Below, piece after piece: positions 9,379 to 18,895 of a stretch of 20,000 nucleotides of DNA (positions are counted from its first letter, which is position 1; each line of letters opens with the position of its first letter). The notes under the pieces were generated by a model. The model saw only the letters and a list, made by a program, of their open reading frames with translations. It was not told where the DNA came from and did not search any database. The stretch comes from Malassezia furfur (Eukaryota). The position numbers were made by a program, and so were the translations under genes. The DNA lies in NCBI GenBank assembly GCA_052055015.1, contig JBQJIT010000018.1; one strand, given 5' to 3'.

Positions 9379-10423
9379 CTACAATGCATCGTAACGCTGC
9401 TGGGTGCTGGCCTTGGCATGCTCTTGGTACGACCGACGTTCGCTCGGCTCCACCAAGGCGCCGCTGCCCAGTCCGGCACGCTGGGCACCCACGCGGGGGG
9501 CAATGGGGGCTTGTTGGGGTATATGCTCGGCACCATCCGCCATCTTGGCCAGTAGTTGGTAGCCAACGTTGGAGGCATCGAGCGGTGCTGGCTCTGCCGA
9601 GACAAGCGGCTCCGTCCGCAGCTCCGAAGGCCCGACACGGGGTGCAGGGTGGGGCGCATCGGGGTGTAGACCCCGACGCGCAGAGGCACGGTCGCGGTAC
9701 AGCGGCCGCTCATCCACCGACGCAGGGCCGGGCGCAACAGGCTTTAGATAGACCTTCTTGAGCTCCCGCAGGTGTTGCTTCGTCTCGTGGCGCGCCTTGC
9801 GCTTCTCACTTTGTGTCTTGCGCGCCTGGTGCGGGCCTTTCAGCGCTTTCGTCGGTGCATCCTGCGCATTCGTACGTGCCTGCGGTGCGAGCGAAATTTC
9901 GTTCGCGCCGTCGGGAGACAGTTGGCACGCGGAGCAGCTCGCCCATGCATTGCCGTGCATATGGACCTCGAATATGTTGCTCTGTACACCAAAACGGATC
10001 ACATCAAGATGCTGCAGATCAAATGGACGGCTCGCGTGCTTCTCCGGAGAGAGCCGGAAAAACAGCTCCTCCGGAATTTGGTGAACTCGGCTGCGGGACA
10101 TCGGCGCTGGGTTTGGCGAGTCGGGCCGGTAGACAAACGTCCCATGTGTAGAGCCAGTGTCCGTTAAAGACACATTTGGCGGCATATCAAACTGTTTCTT
10201 GCGGTATATGGCGAAGATGCGCGCATGGTGCTTGCTAACCTCCATAGACGGCAGTCGGAGACGCGGGGTATACGAGCGATCGCGGCCCTAAGATGAGCGC
10301 TACACGTACCACAGAAACGCCCTCGTGACGTCCGTCTACCAGTGCTACCTGCTTGGCGGACGGTAGCACATCGGACGCGAGCTTCACGAGGCGCACGAGC
10401 GCGTCGTCCGAGGTATCGAGCAT
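9379..10423 (-). CDS. FHA + G-patch-like protein (AGGF1-like architecture), about 340 aa. Exons 10423-10310 and 10287-9379.
   Basis: Removing a 22-nt intron (10288-10309, GTACGT...CTCATCTTAG) restores the FHA signature VSV|GRDR...MEVSKHHARI...DTGSTHGTFV...LDVIRFG. Then HMHGNAWASCSAC, YRDRASARR and a G-patch-like PLDASNVGYQLLAKM...RAGLG. Start codon uncertain (MLDTSDD at 10423 chosen). Confidence 0.8.
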
Positions 10424-10512
10424 ACCGCTGCAGCCGCCAGCGCACGCTCCACAAGCGAACAAGGGGCAGGATGGGCATATGTATAGACGAATGCAAGTTC
10501 GTTACAACACAA

Positions 10513-10621
10513 GACAAGGTGCCGGAGCGGTTAACGGGTACGCCTCGAATTCAGTTCGACACCGGTTGCGGTGGTTAGCGTATGGGCTCTGCCCGCACAG
10601 GTTCGAATCCTGTTCTTGTCG
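10513..10621 (+). tRNA. tRNA-Ser(CGA) with a 27-nt intron (10550-10576)
   Basis: Acceptor stem GACAAGG/TCTTGTC plus discriminator G. D-arm GCCGGAGCGGTTAACGGG. Anticodon stem TACGC/GCGTA with loop CT-CGA-A|A and anticodon at 10546-10548. Long variable arm GGGC-TCT-GCCC; T-arm ACAGG-TTCGAAT-CCTGT. Mature length 82 nt. Confidence 0.95.
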
Positions 10622-10625
10622 CTTC

Positions 10626-10641
10626 TTTTTTGTTATTTTTT
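10626..10641 (+). terminator. RNA polymerase III oligo-T terminator for the tRNA
   Basis: Two T-runs (TTTTTT-GTTA-TTTTTT) immediately 3' of the tRNA gene. Confidence 0.75.
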
Positions 10642-10712
10642 GCTTGAGTATATGAGATATGCAATTATTTTTAATTCTTCGCGGCATTGTACCTTACTTA
10701 CCTTCTGACAAA

Positions 10713-13234
10713 ATGGCCCTGCGAGCAGTGCGCGGACTGCGGTCTGCTATGCCGACGCGCCGTCTGAGTGTGCCTGTTGTACAGGTGACGCGTGCGAGCT
10801 CGACGTTTGCGACGCGCCGCCCCGCCGTGCGAAGCGCGCGCGTGTGTGCCTGGATGGGTGCATCCCACACTCGCTTGCTCGCGACCGAGGCGGATAGTGC
10901 GACGGGCAATGTGACGCCTGTCGTGAGTGAGGCCGACATCGCGCGGCTGCTGCGCCAGCGCAATGTGGGTATCAGCGCACACATCGACAGCGGGAAGACC
11001 ACGCTGACCGAGCGTGTGCTGTACTACACGGGCCGCATCAAGGACATCCACGAAGTGCGTGGGCGCGACGAGGTCGGTGCCAAGATGGACAGCATGGACC
11101 TCGAGCGTGAAAAGGGTATTACCATCCAGTCTGCAGCTACCTACTGTAACTGGAAGGCGACACCTCCGACCGAGACGAGCAACGTTACCGGCGACGCGGC
11201 GCTCGACACCGAGTCGACCAGCAAGAAAGAAGACTTCCACATCAACATCATTGACACGCCCGGCCACGTCGACTTCACCATCGAGGTCGAGCGTGCTCTG
11301 CGTGTCCTGGACGGTGCTGTGCTTGTGCTTTGTGCCGTCTCGGGTGTGCAGTCGCAGACCATCACGGTGGATCGCCAGATGCGCCGCTACAATGTGCCGC
11401 GCCTGAGTTTCATTAACAAGATGGATCGCGCCGGTGCGAACCCGTGGCGTGTCGTGGAGCAAATCCGCACCAAGCTGCGCATGCCGGCCGCGGCACTTCA
11501 GGTGCCCATAGCGTCCGAGGAGAGCCTCGACGGTCTCGTGGACCTGGTGCGCTGGAAGGCCGTGTACAACGAGGGCACCAAGGGTAACGTCGTGCGCGAG
11601 ACCGACGAGATCCCTGCTGAGGTGCTGGAGCTCGCCAAGGAGAAGCGTACTGAGTTGATCGAGCAGCTCGCAGATGTGGACGACGAGATGGCCGAGATCT
11701 TCATCGAGGAGCGCGAGCCTACTATTGCCGAGCTGGCGGCCGCCATCCGCCGTGCGACGGTGGCGTGCCGTTTCTCGCCCGTGTTCATGGGGACGGCCAT
11801 CAAGAACAAGGGTGTGCAGGCGCTGCTGGATGGTATGTGTGCCTACCTGCCGAACCCTATGGAGGCGCCTGCGATCGCCAACGACACGCGGCGTGCCAAG
11901 CAGATTGCGCAGCAGGCTACTGAGGAGGGCCAGGCCAACGACGAGATTGTGTCGTCCGCCCAGGCCGGCTCCGAGGTGCAGCTGGTGCCCGCCAGCGACG
12001 CGCCCCTGGTGGGTCTGGCGTTCAAGCTGGAAGAGAGCCGCTTCGGCCAGCTCACCTACATGCGTGTGTACCAGGGCCAGCTACGTCGGGGTGGTGTGAT
12101 TTTCAACTCGCGTACCGGCAAGAAGGTCAAGGTGCCGCGTCTGGTCCGCATGCACTCGAACGACATGGAGGACGTCAATGAGATCGGGCCCGGCGAGATC
12201 TGCGCCATGTTCGGTGTGGAGTGCTCGTCCGGCGACACCTTCACGGACGGCAGCACGTCGCTGTCCATGTCGGCCATGTTTGTGCCCGACCCGGTCATTT
12301 CGCTGTCCCTTGCTCCCGAGGGCAAAGACGGCTCGCAGAACTTCTCGCGTGCGCTGAACCGCTTCCAGAAGGAGGACCCTACGTTCCGTGTCCACGTCGA
12401 CAGTGAGTCGGGCGAGACGATCATCTCGGGCATGGGTGAGCTGCACCTGGAGATTTATGTGGAGCGCATGCGCCGTGAATACAATGTGCCGTGCAAGACG
12501 GGCAAGCCGCGTGTCGCCTTCCGTGAGACGATCGGCCAGCCTGCCAAGTTCAACTACACCCACAAGAAGCAGACGGGTGGTGCCGGTCAGTTTGGTCGTG
12601 TGATTGGCTACATCGAGCCGATGCGGATGGACGAGGAGACGGGCAAGGACACAGCGTTTGAGAACAGCGTTGTGGGTGGCAATATCCCCTCGGGCTACAT
12701 CCCTGCCTGTGAAAAGGGCTTCTACGATGCGCTCGAGAAGGGCTCGCTTGCGGGGTACCCCGTGTGCGGTGTCCGTTTCGTGCTGGAGGATGGTGCGGCG
12801 CACAGCGTCGACTCGTCCGAACTGGCATTCCGTATCGCCACGGTCGCGGCCTTCCGCGAGGCGTTCAACAATGCGCAGCCCATGATCCTCGAGCCCAAGA
12901 TGACCGTCGAGGTGGTGGCCCCGGTGGAGTTCCAGGGTGCGGTCATTGGCGCGCTCAACCAGCGCAAGGGCACTATCGAGGACACCGAGGTCCGCGAGGA
13001 CGAGTTCACGATCCGTGCCGAGGTCAGCTTGAACGACATGTTTGGCTATTCGAGCCAGCGTACGTATATTCTCGCTCACCACAGTCCGCGGCCTCACGCA
13101 GGGCAAGGGCGAGTTCTCTATGGAGTACAAGAAGCACGAGCCTGTCATGCCCAACATCCAGGCGGAGATGCAGAGTGGTGTGTACCTCCTTCCTTGCTGA
13201 CGCAGCCTATCGCAAGAGCCAAGAAAAGAAGTAG
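10713..13234 (+). CDS. MEF1: Mitochondrial translation elongation factor G1, about 822 aa. Exons 10713-13059, 13085-13177, 13206-13234.
   Basis: Arg-rich presequence, then [70 protein letters not shown]. Introns 13060-13084 (25 nt) and 13178-13205 (28 nt) restore [19 protein letters not shown]...AYRKSQEKK*. Confidence 0.97.
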
Positions 13235-13457
13235 CCGGAATAGCACCACTTATGAAACGGACTCCATACGATGCTTGCGAAATGGCATGCATGCCGACGT
13301 GACATAAGCTTGCTTGTGTGTCTCGGCACTAGCACATGGCCATACTGCCCTGGAGCGGCCATCGTCTGTCTCGGCTAACCAAAAATACAATCTGTCAAAT
13401 TGGGACTATTTGGCCCAAATCTTTCAGGTGGAGGAAGGGTGTGCACGGACCACATCC

Positions 13458-14893
13458 TCACGCTTGCAGCAGCAGGGACGGTACCGCCATATCGCTGCTC
13501 GATTCGTCGAAATAGGGGTCAAACTCGGCCTTGTTGAACTGTGCCGGAGCGGGCGATGCATGTGACGACCCCGCCGCACCTGCTATCGACCCGAGCACCG
13601 CAAAGCGCTCGGCCAAGGTAGGGTAGGACTGGAAATAGGCGTTGTATAGTGGGTCGGCAAAGAGCGGCGCATCGGCCGCCAGGTACAGCTTGAGCAGTGC
13701 ATTCTCAAAGCACACTTTCAGGTCCGCACCTGTCGCGAAACTCGATGCCTCGTAGTCGACCCAGTCATTCACCAACTCATCCTCCACAACCATCTGTGCA
13801 CACCGCACAGCGAAGCGACTGGGGGTCAGCAAGTCCATACGTACCGATCCTTTGCACACACGGAGCGTCGCGACAGAAAGTTGATCTGCAGCGTTGCGGC
13901 CACCAGCAGCGGCCGCAAGAGGAGCGCCGCCAGCGCACTGCCAACAACGAGCGGCGGCGTATCGATCACGGCCGGCATGCCCTGCCCCGCTGCGCCAAAT
14001 CCAAATGCACGCAGGAACAGAGGGTTGCGGTTGACCAGCTGCACAAAAAGCACCGTAAAGACGAGATTAAATGCGAAGACGGTGCGCTGGGCGAACATCG
14101 ACACCTTGGTGCTGCACTCGTACGTGCGGAGCGCCTCGGCCTCCTCCCTGGTCAGCTGGAGGAGCTCCTCGGGGTGCATATAGCCCTTTTCGTCACTGTC
14201 GGCGGGCGATGCGGCAGTCGACGCCTCGATCGGCGCGATGCATTGCGTTGAAGGCATTGAAGGCATGAGCGGCACGTTGATAAAGAAGACCACCATCGGG
14301 ATCACGCATGCGGCAGCCGTATCGGCCACTGCGACTGCACCTGACTGCAGTGGCCATGCGCCGAGCTGCGTCGTGCTAGCGACATGCACTGCGCCCAGCA
14401 CGAAGATCGCCGCTACTGTCGCGCGATCGAGGAAGAAGGCGGCAAGCGACGGCCGCCTCGCGAGGCCGACGCGCCAACACTCTTCGATGTACATGGGTGT
14501 GCGCGTCACCGAGCGTAGGAGCTGGAGCAGCGCGAGCCACACGAGGCTCTGCAGGAAGGCGGCATGTGGCTGATCCAGGCGGACCAGGCACCCTGCCCAG
14601 TTCCATGCGATTGGCAGGAGACCGAACTGCACAGAGCACACGATGGTGTTGAGCACGATGTTGGCGCGCCCCATCTGGGCTGTAAAGGTGCGCTGGAAGC
14701 GCTGGGCGCTGAACCGGAACTCGTCTGGGGTAACGCTGGACGTGAGTACGACAGGAACGGCCTTGGACCGGCTCAAACGCCGCTGCCGTACAAGCAGGAC
14801 GACCTTCATGATCCAGTCCAGTCCTGCTATCAGCACGACCAAGGTGGCCCACGACGCGGCATCGCGCCCCTGCATCGCCTCGCTCCACGGCAT
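13458..14893 (-). CDS. Divergent Ste24/peptidase M48-like membrane protein lacking catalytic residues (candidate pseudo-peptidase), about 469 aa. Exons 14893-13845 and 13818-13458.
   Basis: Co-linear similarity to the neighbouring STE24: VRQRRL vs VRQLRL, FLRAFGF vs LYRAFGF, DPLYNAYFQSYPTLAERF vs DSLYSAYHHSHPTLTERL. HELGH is replaced by YECST. 26-nt intron at 13819-13844. The start may be 14893 or the next Met (MQGRD). Confidence 0.82.
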
Positions 14894-14966
14894 GATAGCT
14901 CCGAGAGGGCCTTTGGGCCCCGCTGGGTGCTCTTACATAATAATAGGCTACCGTACTGCCTACTGC

Positions 14967-16605
14967 CTAATGCGTCTTTTTGGTGGAGGCCACCCGGTCG
15001 AGCGCCACGAGCCGCTCGGTGAGCGTGGGGTGAGAATGGTGGTAGGCGCTGTACAGAGAATCGTGGTACATAGACGAAAGACTGTGTGAGCATGTGCGCA
15101 ACGTACTTGTGTATGTGCAGCTTGACGAGCGAGCGCTTGAGGAGCTCTGTGTACGGCTCTTGCTCCTCGGGCAGCGCATCCCCAATCGTCTCAGAGGGCA
15201 GGCGGTGCGCAGGCACCTCGCTCAGGCGGTCGACCCAGTCGACCACCGTCGCGCTTGGCTGTACATCGTCGCTGTCACCGCCCTTGGCCTCAATCAGACG
15301 CATCGCCTCGATCTCGGCAGCCGTTCTGGGCGCGCGCGGAAGCTCGGCGGCAAAGCTGGGTTAGGCACTTGCCCACGTACCGGTCAGCGGCGTACTCCAT
15401 ACGGCGCACAGCCGCATTGATACCGAAGCGGAGCACCGCGTCAGTGGGGTTCAGAACCAACTGGAACAGCTCCAGGCCGACCATCACGGGCAGGTACGGC
15501 TCCACGACCAGCGCGCCAGGCGCCACGCGCTGCACAAAGCCAAACGCACGGTACAGCGAGGCGTTGTGGATGAACAGCGTGAAGAGCGAGAGCATGAGCA
15601 CGAGGTTGAGCTGCGACATAAGCACGAGCTTCACCGGGTCCGAGTGTGCCCAGTGTCCCAGCTCGTGCGCCAGCACCGCCTCGATCTCTTCGGGCGTCGA
15701 CTTCTCAATGAGCGTGTCGTAGATGACTGGGTCAGCTAGCGCGAGAGCAACATACCGATGTGCTTGCCGCCGCCGGGCACAATGCCGTAAAAGTACGCAT
15801 TCGAGTGCGAGCTGCGCTTGCTCCCGTCGATCACGTACAGGTGCTTGAGCGGGAAGTGCAGCGCACTCGCAAGCGCCACGACGCGGTCGCGCAGGGCGCC
15901 CTCGGAGAGCGGCGTGAGCTTGTTAAAGAACGGTTGGATGACGAGCGGGTAGAGCACGCTGCCGAACAGGATGACCACCGTGAAGAGCAGCATGACGTAC
16001 ACGACAAAGTAGTCTCCCGCCCAGCGGATCACCCACACGGCGAGCATCACGAGCGGCGCACCGATGGCGGCGCCGACGACCCACCCCTTGATGGTGTCGC
16101 TGACGAACGTCGCGAGCGTGAGCTTGTTGAACCCGTGGCGCTCCTCAACGACAAAGTTGCGGTACAGCCCGAGCGGGATGCCCACCACCTCGTGCATTGC
16201 CGAGTTCACAATGACCCACATCGCCGACTTGGTCACCTCGTTCGCCGGCGCACCGACGGCGGTGAGCAGGTCGCTGGCCCACACCCACGCAAGCGCGTAG
16301 AAATCGAAGTAGACGGCGGCGAGGTTGTATGCATGCGCAATCGCGTCCGAGACCAGCGCAAAGCGCGCCTTGTCGCGGCCGTATGCCTGGCTTTTGGTAA
16401 AGGTGTCGAGCGACACGTGGGGTACGAGCGCCTTGGGCGGCATCGTCTTGTCGTACAGGCGCAACTGGCGCACCGCTACGTACGTCTCGAACAGGTACAC
16501 GCCCCACAGCAGGCAGATCACCAGCTGCTTCCAGGGGATCGTGGGCGTGTCGAGGTACGCGGCGGCGCCCTTAATTTCGCTCGCGGCGTGCGCGAGCCAG
16601 GTCAT
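14967..16605 (-). CDS. STE24: CAAX prenyl protease Ste24 (peptidase M48), about 519 aa. Exons 16605-15756, 15726-15381, 15355-15107, 15081-14967.
   Basis: SQAYGRDKARF, FVVEERHGFNK, LYVIDGSKRSSHSNAYFYG, KHI|VIYDTL, EIEAVLAHELGHW (HExxH), RRMEYAADR|F, YSAYHHSHPTLTERL, and a C-terminal KKTH (KKxx ER-retrieval motif). Introns of 29, 25 and 25 nt. Confidence 0.97.
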
Positions 16606-16625
16606 GGTGGTATGGGTTTAGTCAG

Positions 16626-18866
16626 CTACCAGAAGTCGTCCTCGTCGTCGCGGCCGCGCTGGCGCTTGGACGCGACGGCCTGTGCGCGGTACATGTGTGC
16701 AATCTGCTCGGGCGCCGTCGACTCTTCGGGCGCCTTGTCGTCGCGGATGCGGAGGAAGCGCGGGAAGCGCAGCGAGATGCCGCGCGCGTCGATGAGGCCC
16801 TTGGCCGCCGTGTACACTGGGCTCAGCGACAGGTCCGCCGTGAGCACCTCCCAGACGATTTTTGGCGCGAAATAGACCTGGGTGAGCAGCGCACACGTAC
16901 ATCGGGTTTTGCATCGCCGACATCATAGTATCCCTTTTTCTGCGTAAGCTCCAGTGCCTTGAGCGTGGTGTAGTGCGCGTCCAGATCGGCCTCGGAGAAG
17001 CCGGTGCCGATCTTGCAGATGCTCTGGTACGTCTCCGAGTCCTCGTCGTCTGCGTCAGCAACAGCACACGCACAGCACGCAAGGAGGAAGGCACCGTACA
17101 CGTTGGTGCGCTTGCCCTTGCCGTAGTAGCCGCCGATTACGGTCAGATCGAGGCTGTCGCCCGTGTCGGACACTGGGTGAGTCGTGCGGCGTACAATAGT
17201 CCTTTTTGAGCTTGAGCCAGTTGATCGAGCGGCGGCTTGGTTCGTACGTCGCGTCGGCGCCGTCGAGCATCTTGACCATGAGTCCCTCGCAGCCGCTTGC
17301 GACGCTCTCGTCCAGGAACGTCTGGATCTCTTCGGTGGTGTGGCAGTCGCGGCGCGTCGCAAAGTCAAACTCGTCGGCGACCGGAACAAAGTGCGCAAAC
17401 AGCTTGGCGCGGCGCTCCGAGAGCGCGAGATGCAGCAGCGGCTCACCGTTCAGGTAGAGCAGGTCGAAGCCAAACAGCTTTACAAACACCTTAATGTCCT
17501 CCGCCTTGACATCCTTGCGCTTCCGCCGGCTCAGCTCCTGGAAGGGCAACAGGCGCCCGACACTGGCGTCCGGCCGCTCGGCACGCGCAACGTGCAGCGG
17601 CTGCCACGCGACCGCCTCGGCGTCGATCACAAAGCTCTGCACGTCCTCGCCGAGGCACCGCGGGACCTGCACGACCAAGTCGGGGTATTTCATACTCATG
17701 TCTTCCGAGTTGCGCGAAAAGACACGCACATTCAGCTTGCCCGCCGCGTCGCGGAAGCCGTGCACCTGCGCGCGCTCGCCGTCGTACTTGTACTCACACG
17801 TAAACGTGCGGTTCTCGAACCGGTCGAGCACCTCGCCGATCTCCTTGGTGGGCTTGGCGAGCATGGGCTTGAGGGGGATGCCGGGCGTGAGCTTGACGCG
17901 CTCGCGCAGGCCGTCGATACCGTGCTCGAGCAGTGCAGGGATGAGCACGTTGTACGACGGCAGCTCGCTGAATACGGCCTTGACGATGTTGGCGTCATGC
18001 TCGAGCTTCGCGGCCAGCTCTTCACGGTCCATCGTGTGCGCCTCGTCGCCAAGCGACGCCAGCACCACGGCATGTGCGACGGCGACCAGCACCGTCTTTT
18101 CGGCGAGCCCAATGCGCAGCTTGCCCTCCAAGCTGCGGATGAGGTACTTGCTTTCGTCGCCCGTGCACGCGGCGAGCAGCCGCTTGATGATGCCGAGCTT
18201 CTTGTCCTGCGACTTGGTACCAGAGGCGCGGGCGATTTCGGTGAGCTGCTTGAACACCGACGGGACGGTCAGCGTCTGCGTTTGGAACATGGTCGGCTGG
18301 TGCTTGCGCGAGGCAAGGGCGACGAGGCCCAAGTCGCCCTGCTTCTCGAGGTCCTTTTTGATGCGCGCAACTTCGCGCCCGGTGCTCTGCGCGATCGCCT
18401 TGACGAGGAGGCCCTCGCCGATACCGAGCTCGAGACCCTCATAGTCCGGGCACAGCCTGTTGATGCATAGGTACACGGTGTACAGCAGGTTCTCGCTCGC
18501 GGAGGCCACACTGTCCTGGCGGCAGTGGGCGATCACCTGGACAAAGAGGTCCGTGACGAGCTGCAGGATTTCGAGGCGCTTCGTCGTTGCCTCGACCTTG
18601 GCAAAGGTCTCGACGAGTGTCGCGTACTTGATCGGCGTGCCGCGCTTGCCCACGGGTTTGGGGGGCGCGGTGCTCTGCAGCACGATCTGTGCCGTGGTTT
18701 CGGCGGCGTCGGTCTCGGGGATCTCGTCGTCGGCGTCGTCCGCTCCCGCGTCGGCCTCGGCCTCGATGCGTGTGCGCTTTGCAGCTGGCTCGTCTGCCTT
18801 GCCAAACAGGGCACTGTGTCAGTGCGACAAGCCCACGTACTCGAGCGTGCGCTGCTGCTTCGCCAT
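16626..18866 (-). CDS. CDC9: ATP-dependent DNA ligase I, about 714 aa. Exons 18866-18841, 18813-17195, 17172-17074, 17049-16901, 16877-16626.
   Basis: N-terminal PIP-box-like QRTL|DALF, ELGIGE, YLIRSLEGKLRIGLAEKT, PLKPMLAKPTK, active site CEYKYDGERAQVH, FDLLYLNG, EGLMVK, WLKLKKDY|L, LLAC|YD, SLRFPRFLRIRDDK. Introns of 27, 22, 24 and 23 nt; the 2145-nt CDS is in frame. Confidence 0.97.
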
Positions 18867-18872
18867 GGTCGA

Positions 18873-18895
18873 ACGCGTCGCGTCGCGTCGCGCGT
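18873..18895. repeat. Tandem CGCGT array beginning with an ACGCGT (MluI/MCB-like) hexamer in the CDC9-SMC2 divergent gap
   Basis: Sequence A-CGCGT-CGCGT-CGCGT-CGCGCGT. The repeat is seen directly; a regulatory role is speculative. Confidence 0.5.

Noticed and set aside
10513..10621. Possible selenocysteine or recoding tRNA because of the long arm and extra sequence
   Set aside because: The anticodon is CGA, the acceptor stem is 7 bp and the extra 27 nt sit at the canonical 37/38 intron site. This is an ordinary tRNA-Ser.
10659..10712. Upstream in-frame ATG extending MEF1 ([18 protein letters not shown]), as given in the ORF track
   Set aside because: It lies in the AT-rich tract just after the tRNA terminator. 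The ATG at 10713 begins a typical Arg-rich mitochondrial presequence. Not fully excluded.
524..18866. Apparent frameshifts and premature stops in conserved genes (pseudogenes, programmed frameshifting or an alternative genetic code)
   Set aside because: Each break is bracketed by GT...CTNAY-N1-3-YAG, and removing it restores the frame and conserved motifs, so introns explain all of them.
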